Positions 48,132 through 59,169 of a stretch of 63,766 nt of DNA are shown here, piece by piece. The notes beneath the pieces are model-generated. The model was not told where the DNA came from, made no database searches, and saw only the letters and a list, made by a program, of their open reading frames with translations. The stretch covers positions 1-63,766 of the forward strand of contig CAYMJV010000005.1 in assembly GCA_964390545.1 (NCBI GenBank), given 5' to 3'. This stretch comes from an uncultured Syntrophaceae bacterium. Its GTDB lineage: Bacteria > Desulfobacterota > BSN033 > UBA1163. A program made the translations under genes and the position numbers. Positions within the stretch are counted from its first letter, which is position 1, and each line of letters starts with the position of its first letter.

Positions 48132-49328
48132 TTAAGATCGATACGAGGCATTGATTTTAACATAGTCGATAGAGAGGTCTGTGGTAAAGATTGAGAATTG
48201 GCTTTTTCCCCGATGGAGGTGAACGGTCACCTTGAAGGATTTATTCTTGATAACCTCGGCAGCTTTTTCTTCAAGCTGGCCACCTACTCCCATCCCATTT
48301 TTCACGATGGGCATCCTGTCAAAGAAAACGTCGATTCGATTCGGGTCTACCCGAATTCCTGAATGGCCGATGGCGCATAAAATCCTTCCCCAATTCGCAT
48401 CCATTCCAAAAAAAGCAGTCTTTACAAGCGGAGAATGGGCAATGGCATAGGCAGCGCGTCTACCATCCTCTCGGTTTCGTGCGCCTTTCACGCGAATTTC
48501 GACAAATTTCGTCGCTCCTTCCCCATCCCTGACGACGCTTTTCGCCAGCTTCTGGCAGACTTCCAGAAGCTTCAACTGAAAGAGCGCTCCGTCTCGATCC
48601 ATTCTGCTTATCGGCGGGTGACCAGACTTTCCATTCGCTAATAGGAGTACGGTATCATTCGTGCTGGTCTCGCCATCGATCGTGATCCTGTTGTAGGAGT
48701 CCTGTGCTACCTTATCCAATATCTGCTGAAGAAGGGCAGCCTTAATATTGGCATCGGTAACAACGAAAGAAAGCATAGTAGCCAGGTTCGGTCGAATCAT
48801 CCCCGCCCCCTTCACCATCCCGCAAATTTTGACGCTTTTCCCTTTCATCCGGCAGGTGACCATTTCGACCTTCGGAAAGGTGTCAGTGGTCATGATCGCT
48901 TCGACGGTATCCATCCACCCGTCCGGAGAGATAGCATCGATCAACTTGGGAATTCCTTCTTCGATTTTTTCCATAGGAAGAGGAGTTCCGATAACACCCG
49001 TCGAGGAGGGGATTATTAATCTCTCCTCAGTTCCTAATCCTTTCGCCACCCAAGAGGAGATCCGTTTCGCATCTTCTAGCCCTCGGTTTCCAGTACATGC
49101 ATTGGCATTCCCGCTATTGATGATCACGGCCTGACAGAGGCCCTTTTTGATCCTTTTCATCCCTAATTGAACAGGAGCCGCCTTCACCGCATTGGTAGTA
49201 AAGAGTCCAGCCACCTGGGCTGGGACTTCAGAGTAGATCAACCCCAGATCCTTTTTCCCGTCTTTTTTGATTCCTGCTGAAATCCCTGAGAAGAGAAAAC
49301 CATTAACCCTAAAATCAAAAGGTCTCAT
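48132..49328 (-). CDS. argJ: Bifunctional glutamate N-acetyltransferase/amino-acid acetyltransferase
   Basis: NSGNANACTG, KGAGMIRPNLATML, DGETSTND, DGEGATK motifs. Confidence 0.97.
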   Translation of the reverse strand: MRPFDFRVNGFLFSGISAGIKKDGKKDLGLIYSEVPAQVAGLFTTNAVKAAPVQLGMKRIKKGLCQAVIINSGNANACTGNRGLEDAKRISSWVAKGLGTEERLIIPSSTGVIGTPLPMEKIEEGIPKLIDAISPDGWMDTVEAIMTTDTFPKVEMVTCRMKGKSVKICGMVKGAGMIRPNLATMLSFVVTDANIKAALLQQILDKVAQDSYNRITIDGETSTNDTVLLLANGKSGHPPISRMDRDGALFQLKLLEVCQKLAKSVVRDGEGATKFVEIRVKGARNREDGRRAAYAIAHSPLVKTAFFGMDANWGRILCAIGHSGIRVDPNRIDVFFDRMPIVKNGMGVGGQLEEKAAEVIKNKSFKVTVHLHRGKSQFSIFTTDLSIDYVKINASYRS

Positions 49329-49400
49329 ATCATAGCCTCGCCTCTAATCCTTTTATCAACTGCAATATGAACTTGGAGAAATATTGAATGGTGGCTTGAC

Positions 49401-49535
49401 CTAATGCCAAATGCCAAAGTTCAAATGTCAAATGAATGCCAAAATGATTCAATGTCAAAAGTCTTCTTGTCAAATTTTGTCATTTGAGCTTTGGATTTGA
49501 TTTGAACTTTGAGCTTTGACATTTGGAATTTCTAA
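49401..49535. repeat. Periodic inverted-repeat element, CAAAT/TTTG type
   Basis: CAAATGC CAAAGTT CAAATGT CAAATGAA... versus TTTGAGC TTTGGAT TTGA TTTGAAC TTTGAGC TTTGACA. Confidence 0.85.
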
Positions 49536-49537
49536 TT

Positions 49538-52216
49538 TTAGGCTCTTGCCTGTGTTTCTTTAGGGAGGCAGCATTTTTTGTACTTCTTCCCGCTTCCGCA
49601 GGGGCACGGATCATTCCGGCCCACCTTCTTTCCATCCCGGCGTACGGTCACACCCTTTCCACTCTCGGTCTCTCCGCCTGCGGTGACAGCGGGTTCTGCT
49701 CCTCGGCTCAGGAAAAAGGTTTGCCTTTTGGGCAACTTCATCTCTTTGACTTCTTCATCCCTAGCGATTTGAACAGCAAAGAGCTTTTCGATCGTATCCT
49801 TCTTAATGCGGTCTAACATGTCAAGAAACATTTGATAGGCTTCTTTTTGATATTCAATGCGCGGGTCTTTCTGGGCATACCCTCGTAATCCGATCCCTTC
49901 CTTCAACTGATCAATGGCAAAGAGATGATCCTTCCAGTGATGATCGACCGATTGCAGCATGATCACTTTTTCCAGGTATCGAAGCGTGCCTTCGCCAAAT
50001 TCTTCCTCCTTCTTCTGGTAAAGATCCTTTCCTTTCTGCAGAATCATCTCTTTCAGACGATCCCGATTGAGTCCATCTTCCTCCCCTGAGGAAGGTGCCC
50101 ATCGGAAAGAGAACTGCTGGTAAACGGCGTCGGCGAGTCCCTTCAGGTCCCAATCCTCTGGGTGGAGCTTTTCATCTGCATAGAGATCGACAAGCCCTTC
50201 TGTCTGTTCCTCAATCATCTCCATGACAGATTCTTTCAAATCGTCACTCCCCAGAACCTCTCTTCTCTGAGAGTAAATGACTTCTCTCTGCTGGTTCATG
50301 ACATTGTCATACTCCAGAAGTTGCTTCCGGATCTCAAAATTATGGCCCTCCACCCTCCTCTGGGCATTTTCGATAGCTTTGGTAACAAGATTATGTTCGA
50401 TAGGTTGGTCTTCCTCAATTCCCAATCGATCCATGATGCTGGAGATTCTCTCGGAGCCAAAAATTCTTAAGAGGTCATCCTCGAGAGAGAGATAAAAGCG
50501 GGAAGATCCTGGATCACCTTGCCTTCCGGACCGGCCCCTCAATTGATTGTCGATACGCCGGGCTTCATGCCTTTCGGTTCCAATGACATGAAGGCCTCCC
50601 AACTGGGCCACGCTCTCCTTATCCTTTTGAACAATAGCCAGAGCCTTCCCATAGGCTTTCTTCATCGCCTCTTCTGTGGGCTCTCCTTCAACCATGGGTT
50701 TGGACAAGAATTTTGGATTCCCACCCAGAAGGATATCTGTCCCCCTTCCTGCCATATTGGTTGAGAGGGTGACGGCGCCTCCCCTTCCCGCCTGGGCGAT
50801 GATCTCAGCCTCTTGCTCATGATGTTTGGCATTGAGGACATTGTGGGGAATCCCCCGCTTCTTCAACATCTGGCTCAATCGCTCTGATTTCTCGATGGAA
50901 ATGGTCCCGATCAGCGCCGGACGCCCTATTCGATGGAGTTCTTCAATCTCGCGGACAACCGCACGGAACTTCTCGTTCTCCGTTTTATAGATGACATCGG
51001 AATGATTCGTTCGCATCAACGGCATGTTAGTAGGAATGACCACCACGTCGAGGTTGTAAGTCTTCCGAAATTCAGCTGCTTCCGTGTCCGCCGTGCCCGT
51101 CATCCCTGCCAACTTCTTATACATCCGAAAGTAGTTCTGAAAAGTGATCGTGGCCAGGGTTTGATTCTCGTTTTCTATTCGAACATTCTCTTTCGCTTCC
51201 ACCGCCTGATGGAGGCCATCGCTCCACCTCCTCCCGGGCATGAGCCTCCCGGTAAATTCATCTACGATCACCACCTCGCCTTCCTTCACCACATAGTCTA
51301 CATCCCTTTTGAATAAGGTATGAGCTCTCAAAGCTTGATTCACATGATGGAGGGTCTCAATATTTCTGGGGTCATAGAGATTCTCAACATGAATTAGCTT
51401 TTCGACATGACCGACACCCTCTTCCGTCAGAAAGGCTGTGTGACTCTTCTCCTCCAACTGATAATCCTTCCCCTGCTTCAGGGAGGGGATGATGCGGTTG
51501 ATCTTGTAATACTTATCCGTGGACTCCTCGGCCGGGCCGGAGATGATCAGGGGCGTCCTCGCCTCATCGATCAGGATGCTATCCACCTCATCGACAATGG
51601 CATAGTTCAAATCCCTCTGGACATAATCTTCGATGCTGAACTTCATGTTGTCCCGGAGGTAATCAAATCCGAATTCATTGTTCGTCCCGTAGGCGATATC
51701 ACAACCGTAGGCCTTCTTTCTCTCCTGGTCATTTAACTCGTGGAGGATCACTCCCACCGAGAGGCCTAGAAACCTGTAGATCGCTCCCATCCATTCACTA
51801 TCTCTTTTTGCCAGGTAGTCATTCACCGTCACAATATGGACGCCTTCCCCCTTGAGCCCGTTCAAATAAGCAGGAAGGGTGGACACCAAGGTTTTACCTT
51901 CTCCAGTCGCCATTTCGGAAATCTTGCCTTCGTGAAGGACAATCCCTCCGATGAGCTGCACATCGTAGTGCCGCTCACCCAGCGTCCTTCTGGCTGCCTC
52001 GCGAACGACAGCGAAAGCCTCAGGGAGGATCTCCTCCAGTGATTCCCCTCGATCGATCCGTTCTTTTAATTCCGAGGTTTTGGTCCGGAGTTGACCATCC
52101 GTCAAAGGCCGCACCTGGGGCTCCAGTGCATTGATCCGTTGAATCATCGGTCGGATCCTCTTCAACTCCCTCTCGTTCTTACTTCCCACAATCTTTTTAA
52201 TCAGTGACCCAATCAT
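49538..52216 (-). CDS. secA: Preprotein translocase ATPase SecA
   Basis: [33 protein letters not shown]-terminal SEC-C motif [17 protein letters not shown]; start reassigned to MIGSLIK. Confidence 0.98.
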   Translation of the reverse strand: MIGSLIKKIVGSKNERELKRIRPMIQRINALEPQVRPLTDGQLRTKTSELKERIDRGESLEEILPEAFAVVREAARRTLGERHYDVQLIGGIVLHEGKISEMATGEGKTLVSTLPAYLNGLKGEGVHIVTVNDYLAKRDSEWMGAIYRFLGLSVGVILHELNDQERKKAYGCDIAYGTNNEFGFDYLRDNMKFSIEDYVQRDLNYAIVDEVDSILIDEARTPLIISGPAEESTDKYYKINRIIPSLKQGKDYQLEEKSHTAFLTEEGVGHVEKLIHVENLYDPRNIETLHHVNQALRAHTLFKRDVDYVVKEGEVVIVDEFTGRLMPGRRWSDGLHQAVEAKENVRIENENQTLATITFQNYFRMYKKLAGMTGTADTEAAEFRKTYNLDVVVIPTNMPLMRTNHSDVIYKTENEKFRAVVREIEELHRIGRPALIGTISIEKSERLSQMLKKRGIPHNVLNAKHHEQEAEIIAQAGRGGAVTLSTNMAGRGTDILLGGNPKFLSKPMVEGEPTEEAMKKAYGKALAIVQKDKESVAQLGGLHVIGTERHEARRIDNQLRGRSGRQGDPGSSRFYLSLEDDLLRIFGSERISSIMDRLGIEEDQPIEHNLVTKAIENAQRRVEGHNFEIRKQLLEYDNVMNQQREVIYSQRREVLGSDDLKESVMEMIEEQTEGLVDLYADEKLHPEDWDLKGLADAVYQQFSFRWAPSSGEEDGLNRDRLKEMILQKGKDLYQKKEEEFGEGTLRYLEKVIMLQSVDHHWKDHLFAIDQLKEGIGLRGYAQKDPRIEYQKEAYQMFLDMLDRIKKDTIEKLFAVQIARDEEVKEMKLPKRQTFFLSRGAEPAVTAGGETESGKGVTVRRDGKKVGRNDPCPCGSGKKYKKCCLPKETQARA

Positions 52217-52233
52217 GAAACCCTTCACCCTGA

Positions 52234-52318
52234 TCATTGGAATGATGGAATATTGGAAGGGTGGAATCATGGGGCTATATTCGACAAACCCAAAATTCCA
52301 TTCATCCACTATTCTGGA
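52234..52318. repeat. Periodic inverted-repeat element, GGAAT/ATTCC type
   Basis: TTGGAAT GATGGAA TATTGGAA GGGTGGAATC versus ATTCCATTCATCCACTATTC. Confidence 0.7.
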
Positions 52319-52354
52319 AAATTATATAACTTAAGAGATTTTGTTTCAACTAAC

Positions 52355-52400
52355 AAAAAAGCCCGACAAAGAAAAACTCTATCGGGCTTTACTCTTTTTT
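52355..52400 (-). terminator. Probable intrinsic terminator
   Basis: AAAGCCCGA...TCGGGCTTT stem flanked by A/T tracts after the M23 gene. Confidence 0.55.
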
Positions 52401-52428
52401 GAATTCTTAACGATCCGTGCCCAGGGAA

Positions 52429-53343
52429 CTAATTCAAAATATATCGCGCGGGATTGATCGGAATGCTATTAATCTTAACTTCGTAGTGGAGATGAGGGCC
52501 GGTTGTCTTTCCGGTCATTCCCACCTCCGCAATCTTATCTCCCCGTTTCACCCTCTGCCCAGTCTTTACAAGAACCTTGCTCAGGTGGCCGTAGCGGGAG
52601 GTCATACCAAATCCATGGAAGATCACGACAACCTTTCCGACGGCGACATCATTTCCGACGTCCGAAACGATTCCGTTCGAGGGAGCGATCACAGGGGTTC
52701 CTATCCGATTTGAAATATCAAGACCCTCATGCATCTGAGTTAAACCCGTAAAGGGGTTTGTACGATACCCGAAACCCGATGTCACCCAACCCTGCACCGG
52801 CCAGACGGATGGGGTATGGGCTAACATCTCCCTCTTCACCTGCAAAAGTTTCTCGAGTTCAGAAAGGCTATCCTCCCGGGACACAGCCTCGGATTGGAGG
52901 CGCTCGACATCGCTTTTCATCTGTTGAACCAGTCCGGCATCATCTTTCTCTTTTTTCAATTTATCCCGAATGTCAGATGGAGATGGACCCCCCATTCCCA
53001 AGGAAGGGGTGGTTTCCTGTCCTCTCTCGAGATTAGCAATGATTCGAATTTTCTTGTCGAATTCTTTCAGTTTGGAGAGTTGTTTCTCCAGATCTTCAAT
53101 TCTTGCTGAGAAGAATTGAATCTGAGACCTCTGGTTTTGGGTCTCCTGACGGAGACGGCTCAATTCAAAGGCCTTCTTTTTAACCTGAATGTAATCGCAA
53201 AAGAAGAATGTTGTAGAAAGAAGGGCGAAACCAATCAGATAGAATGAAATCTTTACGGTCTTTTTCCGTATCTTAAGATGGCGGGTCTTCGCGGCCTTGT
53301 GGCCAAAGATAAGAATATTAAAGTATTCTTTATCCAAGGTCAC
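52429..53343 (-). CDS. M23 family metallopeptidase (coiled coil plus LytM domain)
   Basis: MHEGLDI, YGHL, TGPHLHYEV motifs; N-terminal TM and coiled coil. Confidence 0.93.
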   Translation of the reverse strand: MTLDKEYFNILIFGHKAAKTRHLKIRKKTVKISFYLIGFALLSTTFFFCDYIQVKKKAFELSRLRQETQNQRSQIQFFSARIEDLEKQLSKLKEFDKKIRIIANLERGQETTPSLGMGGPSPSDIRDKLKKEKDDAGLVQQMKSDVERLQSEAVSREDSLSELEKLLQVKREMLAHTPSVWPVQGWVTSGFGYRTNPFTGLTQMHEGLDISNRIGTPVIAPSNGIVSDVGNDVAVGKVVVIFHGFGMTSRYGHLSKVLVKTGQRVKRGDKIAEVGMTGKTTGPHLHYEVKINSIPINPARYILN

Positions 53344-53615
53344 TCCTCCCTTTTCCTAAGGTAAGATAATCCAATTTAACACCCGTTAGATAACAAAGTA
53401 AGGGTTTTTCTGTCAAGCTTTTTTTACAGACTTCTTTACACAGCAATTATTATACCAATTGTTTTTCAAAACTGGTTAAAACGAATAAAGTTGTTAATAT
53501 TTCAAGGAAAAAAGAGAGAACAGCTGTTAATTCTGGAAACATGATTTCGGCAATTTTATTTAAAATTTTCAGGCTAATTGGACAAATTATCACCTGCGAC
53601 GGCCAAAAATGTTCG

Positions 53616-55013
53616 TTAAATTCCGCTAATTTTCAACCGTCTCACAAGAAGGCTCGGAGAGCCAATCCCTCCGATGAATCGAAAATCTTCCCCTATCCCT
53701 ACCACATCCTGAAAAAGTTGGAAAAGATTCCCAGCTACTGCCACCGATTTGACCGGGTGGACCAGCTTCCCTTTATCGACCCATTTCCCCGAGCAACCGA
53801 GGGAGAAGTCCCCTGAGATAGGATCGACGGTATGAAGGCCCATCACCTCCTCCAGCAACACTCCTTGATAAAGGTCGCTCAGTAGAGCGGAAAAGGGGAG
53901 CGTCCCGGGCTCAATAAGGAAGTTCGAAGTTCCTATTCCAGGGGGCGACTTGATACCTGATCTTCGACTGTTTCCTGTGGATCTAACGGTTGGTCCTGAC
54001 GAGGCGCTTTCCCGATTGGCCCAGTAACGGTCATAGAGATAACCGGATAACTCTCCTTGGACGACTAAAGCTGTCCGTTGACTTCGCGTCCCCTCTCCGT
54101 CTATCGGGGCAGTGAAAATCCCTTTCGGGTGAAGTCCATTATCTTCAATCGTGATCAAAGGAGAGAAATATCTCTCCCCCTTTTTTCCTTTCAGAGGGGA
54201 TTTCCCTTTCTGAATCTGTTCGCTTTTGAAGGAATGCGCAAGAAGGGACAAAAATTCCGAAGCGACGCTATGGTGGATAAGGACAGGATAGACTCCAGAG
54301 GGAATTTTCCTCCCCCCGAGACTCTCCAGCGCCTTCCGGCTGGCCTCCCTCCCTACGCTTTTTACATCGAGGTCACTCTGAAAATGGCTGGCATCAAAAT
54401 CCCATCCCACTTCTGCTTCTTCCGCCTCCTCGGCCACTGCAGTCACACTGACGGAGCAGAAAGTGGACAGATACGAAAATTGAAGTCCATTGGAATTGAT
54501 CAGTGTTCGATGAGCAATGCCCTCTTGATAGGATGCCTTTCTCACTTTTTGAATCTTTTTCGGATCAACGGATCGAGCCGCCTTCTCCAGCTCTTTTGCT
54601 TTTTCGATCTTTACCTTTTCTGAAGTTCCTTCCAATGTTTCGTCAAAAATCGGAGGTGAAGGAGGGGCCTCCTTCAGAGGAGGGGCAAAGTCATAACAGG
54701 GGTCAGAAGCGGTGTCCCCAGCGCTGGCAATCGCGTCATCAATGACCTGTTCCAATTCGCCCAAAGGATTCTTTGACTCAACCTGAAAGACGCCTGAAAA
54801 AGTGGTGTAGGAAAATCCGATACGCTGACGGTTCAGAATACGAAATGCCATCCCCAAGGAATGGGAAACCTGGAAGGTATCGATCCCACCGTCCTTAGAT
54901 TCCACATCAAAATGGGAGGACTGATCGAGATAAATCTCATACCCATCAATTGGCTTTCTACGCAGAATTGCCAGAGTTTGAGCAATGATTTCGTCGGGAC
55001 GATTCATACTCAA
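53616..55013 (-). CDS. pmbA: TldD/PmbA family protein, PmbA (TldE)-like
   Basis: DGEGTRSQRT, SGDFSLG, AVAGN motifs; lacks the HExxxH of TldD. Confidence 0.85.
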   Translation of the reverse strand: MSMNRPDEIIAQTLAILRRKPIDGYEIYLDQSSHFDVESKDGGIDTFQVSHSLGMAFRILNRQRIGFSYTTFSGVFQVESKNPLGELEQVIDDAIASAGDTASDPCYDFAPPLKEAPPSPPIFDETLEGTSEKVKIEKAKELEKAARSVDPKKIQKVRKASYQEGIAHRTLINSNGLQFSYLSTFCSVSVTAVAEEAEEAEVGWDFDASHFQSDLDVKSVGREASRKALESLGGRKIPSGVYPVLIHHSVASEFLSLLAHSFKSEQIQKGKSPLKGKKGERYFSPLITIEDNGLHPKGIFTAPIDGEGTRSQRTALVVQGELSGYLYDRYWANRESASSGPTVRSTGNSRRSGIKSPPGIGTSNFLIEPGTLPFSALLSDLYQGVLLEEVMGLHTVDPISGDFSLGCSGKWVDKGKLVHPVKSVAVAGNLFQLFQDVVGIGEDFRFIGGIGSPSLLVRRLKISGI

Positions 55014-55026
55014 GGATTAATTAAGC

Positions 55027-55231
55027 TCCAATAACCAAATTCCAATAGCCAAATAATCACCAATGACCAAATAACCAATAGCCAACCGATTATCTGTGAT
55101 TTACAAAACGAGTTTGATTATTGGCCATTGAAATTTTGGTTATTGTTTGATTATTGCCTGCCCCGCACCGCTCTGGTGCGGGGGTGCTTGCCCTGCACCA
55201 TGTTAGGTGCAGGGCTTGGAATTTGGTTATT
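55027..55231. repeat. Periodic inverted-repeat element, CCAAT/ATTGG type, with two GC-rich hairpin inserts in the right arm
   Basis: Inserts GCCCCGCACCGCTCTGGTGCGGGG and GCCCTGCACCATGTTAGGTGCAGGGC interrupt the TTGG heptamer array. Confidence 0.8.
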
Positions 55232-55240
55232 GCCATATCC

Positions 55241-56272
55241 TTACCATCTGATCAGGCTGCTTCCCCAAGTGAGGCCTCCACCGAAAGCGGTGAGGATGAT
55301 CAGGTCTCCTTTGCAAATGGATCCGTTTCGCACGGCCTCGTCCAGGGCGATCGCCACCGTGGCGGATGAGATGTTCCCGTACTTTTCGATGGTAAGATAA
55401 ACTTTCTCGATAGGGACGTTCAGTCGCTTTGCCACCTGCTGAAGCATACGTAGATTGGCCTGATGGGGAATCACCCATTTCACATCGGAAAGATGGATGT
55501 GGTTATAAGAAGCTGCTTCTTCGGCAGCCTCTGCAAATCGTTTGACAGCCATGCGAACCGATTCATTGGCTTTAATCATTCTCAGAGTATGGAGTTTCTT
55601 GTCCACGCTTTCATAGCTAATGGGAGTGGTCTTCGACCCGCCCCCCGGAAGAAGGAGGTTTTGACCATTTGCGCCGTCCGTATGGATGTGAACGGAAAGG
55701 ATTTCGCTGACCTCCTTTTCCTTATGCTGCACCGACTGATGTCTTCCGGATGAATCAAAGGCCTGAAGCACGGCCGCCCCTGCTCCATCTCCCCAGAGAA
55801 TACAACTCTCCCGATCTGTCCAATCGAGGGTTCGACTCATGATCTCGACAGCAACGACCAGTGCGGTTTTGAATGTTCCACATTTGAGATATTGTTCGGC
55901 CACAGAAAGGCCAAAAATGAATCCACAACAAGCCGCGGTCACATCGAAGGAGACCGCCTTCTCTGCTCCTAATTTTGCTTCTAGCCAATTCGATCCCGCA
56001 GGACAGGCCGTATCCGGCGTCATGGTGGCCATAACGATGAGGTCCAAATCCTTGGCCGAAACCCCCGCCATCTCTATGGCCCGCAACGAGGCCTCCTTCG
56101 CAAGATCGGACGCGTTCACATTCGGCGCTGCAATCCTCCTCTCCTTAATCCCCGTCCGTTTAAAAATCCATTCGTCATCCGTATTCAGGATCTTCTCCAG
56201 ATCGAAATTCGAGAGGATTCTTTCCGGAAGAAAGGAACCGGTTCCTAATATCCCGATCCTTCTGCCATCCAT
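55241..56272 (-). CDS. fabH: 3-oxoacyl-ACP synthase III
   Basis: TAACCGF (Cys), PHQAN (His), GNISSA (Asn), FGGGLTWG. Confidence 0.93.
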   Translation of the reverse strand: MDGRRIGILGTGSFLPERILSNFDLEKILNTDDEWIFKRTGIKERRIAAPNVNASDLAKEASLRAIEMAGVSAKDLDLIVMATMTPDTACPAGSNWLEAKLGAEKAVSFDVTAACCGFIFGLSVAEQYLKCGTFKTALVVAVEIMSRTLDWTDRESCILWGDGAGAAVLQAFDSSGRHQSVQHKEKEVSEILSVHIHTDGANGQNLLLPGGGSKTTPISYESVDKKLHTLRMIKANESVRMAVKRFAEAAEEAASYNHIHLSDVKWVIPHQANLRMLQQVAKRLNVPIEKVYLTIEKYGNISSATVAIALDEAVRNGSICKGDLIILTAFGGGLTWGSSLIRW

Positions 56273-56353
56273 CAGCAAACTCCTTCTCAAAGATTTAAGA
56301 TTATTAATCAGTCCATAATAATAACTACATTGTTTTATAAAATCCCTCCTCAC

Positions 56354-56415
56354 CTCCCTTTTCCAAAGGGAGGAACAATACCCCTCTTTGGAAAAGAGGG
56401 GTTAGGGGAGATTTT
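56354..56415. repeat. REP-like hairpin cluster (CCCCTCTTTGGAAAAGAGGGG family)
   Basis: Related to 27916-27952, 59949-59988 and 63590-63640. Confidence 0.6.
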
Positions 56416-56513
56416 CAGAAGAATAAGTCTCCTCTATTATAGACTGATTAATATGTCTTACCCTTTCGCCCCTTCTTCTAAATCCTCAATGATCAATTAT
56501 CAATGATCATTGT

Positions 56514-57986
56514 TCATTGCCCATTGGTCGTTTGAGGGGGGTTGGGAGGATGAGTACCAGACCATCGGAGATGAAAGGGCAGGTAGAAAATCCTGAGATC
56601 AAAAGACTCCCCATCCCTCCGATACAAAAACAGCCCTTTCAGAAGAGAGACGCTCTTCACTCCATTCCATTTTTTAACACCGATCAGGTGAGCGACCTCC
56701 CAGTAGTCCAATCCCTCTTTCTCCATCTTTATGTACAATCCCCAAAGGAGATTGGTGGAAATCCCTTTCGGAGGATCCTTCTCCCAGCGGTAGATTCGAA
56801 ACAGGGGAAAAAAATTCCTTTCAAGCCCTTCTTCCTTAAATGGGAAAAGATAGAAGACGTTGAGGATCTCGTGACCCCCTTCTTCCCTTTCATAATCATA
56901 GATGGGCCAGATTCGAATGGATTCCCCTTTCTCTCTTCCCTGAGGACCCTCGCCCGTTCGTATGCGGCTGAATAAGATGCGATAGGTCGTCTCATGGAAA
57001 TCTGTCAGCCAGTCCTCCTCATATTGATAGAAGGGATAGAGGATGAAGACCCTCTTCGACTCTCCCTCTCTCACCTTATAACCATAAAAAAGGAAGAATC
57101 TCTTCCCGTAGAGGTTTTCCCCTTTGAAGGTCCGAAAAAGAGGCCAGGGCAGATCCCACTGTTCGAAACCTGTGCGCTCCTCTTTGGCATGGGAGAAGAG
57201 TGGCCACAGAATGGTCTTGCTGTAGAAATATTTGGATTCCTTTGAAATATAAAAGGGAAAAACCATCCATTCATCCGTCGGATCATCTGTATCCAATCCT
57301 TTTGTCTTTTTCACGAAGATGGGCCACAAAAGAAAGGCTTGCGTTGAAACCCCAACCTCCTCCTTTCTCCCGTAGATGGGCCAGATTCGGTACCCTTTCT
57401 TCTTCTCGCCGCTCGTGGAGGAGACAAAGGGCCAAAGGAAGTTTTGGGTACGAACGCCTTCTGAGAGCGAATCCGAATAGAGGGGCCAGAGATAAAAATG
57501 GATTTCATCCTTACCATATCGTTTCAGAAGTGTACCGAAAAGGGGGAAGAGACCGAAATAATCTTCTCTCTCTTCCGTCTCTCCAATAAAGAAAGGGAAG
57601 AATTGAAAATCCCATTTCTCCTTTCCATCGAACGTCTGATCCCTGTAGGAAGAAAGCGGGAAGAGGTATCCCTTTTCATCATCGCCCTTGATTTGATATT
57701 TTCCGAATGGATAAAGAAACTCTAATCTCTTCAGACCCTCGTCTTCATCCCTCGTCCAGTAAAAAAAGGGACGAAACCCCCACCCCCTTCGACCCGATTC
57801 CTTTTTCAAGTGGAAGAGAGGACCTAATCCCTCGGCCTCACTTATTCCTTCCACCGGGTCAGACGTATAATGGAAAAAGGGCCAGAAATTGATCGTGACC
57901 GGTCTCTCGCCTGCTAGGGAAGGAAAAGGGATGACGGAAAGAAAGAGGATTACCGTCAACAAGAAAAATTGCTTTCGGATTATCAT
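56514..57986 (-). CDS. Exported protein with about 19 aromatic-Pro-aromatic repeats (for example LWPLY, FFPFF)
   Basis: Signal peptide ending SLA; repeats spaced roughly 15-20 aa apart; directly downstream of mlaD. Confidence 0.8.
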   Translation of the reverse strand: MIIRKQFFLLTVILFLSVIPFPSLAGERPVTINFWPFFHYTSDPVEGISEAEGLGPLFHLKKESGRRGWGFRPFFYWTRDEDEGLKRLEFLYPFGKYQIKGDDEKGYLFPLSSYRDQTFDGKEKWDFQFFPFFIGETEEREDYFGLFPLFGTLLKRYGKDEIHFYLWPLYSDSLSEGVRTQNFLWPFVSSTSGEKKKGYRIWPIYGRKEEVGVSTQAFLLWPIFVKKTKGLDTDDPTDEWMVFPFYISKESKYFYSKTILWPLFSHAKEERTGFEQWDLPWPLFRTFKGENLYGKRFFLFYGYKVREGESKRVFILYPFYQYEEDWLTDFHETTYRILFSRIRTGEGPQGREKGESIRIWPIYDYEREEGGHEILNVFYLFPFKEEGLERNFFPLFRIYRWEKDPPKGISTNLLWGLYIKMEKEGLDYWEVAHLIGVKKWNGVKSVSLLKGLFLYRRDGESFDLRIFYLPFHLRWSGTHPPNPPQTTNGQ

Positions 57987-58001
57987 AGCTCTGAAGGGAT
58001 G

Positions 58002-59033
58002 TTAAAAGAAGATCCCGATGAGGGTCCCCAAGACGGTGATGGGCGTTTGTTCCTCAATGCTCTCAGCAGCCTTTTGAATCTTCTTCATCGTCTTCTCTGC
58101 TTCTTTCATCAACTGATCATCACTGACCAGTTTTCCCAGAGTCCCCTCCCCTTTCTCCACTTTCTCTGCAATCCCTTTCATCGACTGAATCGTGTCTTTC
58201 GCGTCTTGGTAGAGAGATTCATCCTTAACCAATTTGCCCAGAGTCCCCTCTCCCTTTTCAATCTTTTCCGAAAGATTCTTCAGGGTGTCAACAGCCTGTT
58301 TAGCAGACTCTGCTGCTTCCCTGGCCGTTTCCACTGTCTTCTTCGCTTCCTGATAGATTGTCTCGTCGGTAATCAGTTTCCCCAGGGTGCCCTCCCCTTT
58401 TTTCACCTTATCTCCGATCTCTTCAACCCTGGAGAAGGCATCTTTGGCCTTCTGGATCGTCTCTTTTGCATCCTTGCTCATGCCCGTCAACTGACTCGAA
58501 AATGTATTGAGGTTGTCAACCATCCTCTCTACTTTCTTCGGATCTACGGACTTTAATAGATCGCCTATGGGTTTTGCGATTTCTTTAATATCCTCCCGGA
58601 TGGCACCCATTTTACTCAACATCTGTTCAATATCGGTGGGGGGCTCCCCTTGCTCTATCTCCCCATTAGGCTCCACCCTTGGAAATACAGGTGTCCCAGG
58701 AGAAATTTCGACGAACTTCTCTCCCAGGAATCCTTCCGATTTAAGGTAGGCCTTTGAATCTTTATAAAGAACGATATGAGGTGGAACCCGAAACGTGACC
58801 TTCGCCCTTCCCTTTTCCAACATCACTTTCTCGACGTTCCCCACATGAACGCCAGCCACCCTGACTTCTGCACTTCGATCCAGACCAGCGCCTGAATCGA
58901 ATAAAATGTTCACCAGATATCCCCTCTCTTTTCCAATCGGAAATTTTTCAACCTTCATGGTGAGCAAGGCTAAAAGGAGGATACTGATGACGACAAATAT
59001 CCCAACCCATATCTCTGAACTTTTTTTCTTCAT
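58002..59033 (-). CDS. mlaD: MCE/MlaD family protein with extended helical C-terminus
   Basis: N-terminal TM, MCE domain (GL..SAEVRVAGVHVG, GFLGEKFVEI), three GEGTLGKL repeats. Confidence 0.9.
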   Translation of the reverse strand: MKKKSSEIWVGIFVVISILLLALLTMKVEKFPIGKERGYLVNILFDSGAGLDRSAEVRVAGVHVGNVEKVMLEKGRAKVTFRVPPHIVLYKDSKAYLKSEGFLGEKFVEISPGTPVFPRVEPNGEIEQGEPPTDIEQMLSKMGAIREDIKEIAKPIGDLLKSVDPKKVERMVDNLNTFSSQLTGMSKDAKETIQKAKDAFSRVEEIGDKVKKGEGTLGKLITDETIYQEAKKTVETAREAAESAKQAVDTLKNLSEKIEKGEGTLGKLVKDESLYQDAKDTIQSMKGIAEKVEKGEGTLGKLVSDDQLMKEAEKTMKKIQKAAESIEEQTPITVLGTLIGIFF

Positions 59034-59169
59034 CTTTATCCCCTCCTTATTCCCCTCACCCCATCCCTCTCCTCTGAGAAGGCTGTGTCATAATAGAAAA
59101 CACGAAACTTCTCATTCGACAGCCTCCAAGATGCCCAGGGGACAGGCAGGCGGCTGAGGGGAATTCAAC

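Noticed and set aside
47924-48154. 76-aa ORF after the HAD gene
   Set aside because: Composed of a half heptamer arm and a GC-rich REP; converges on the argJ end.
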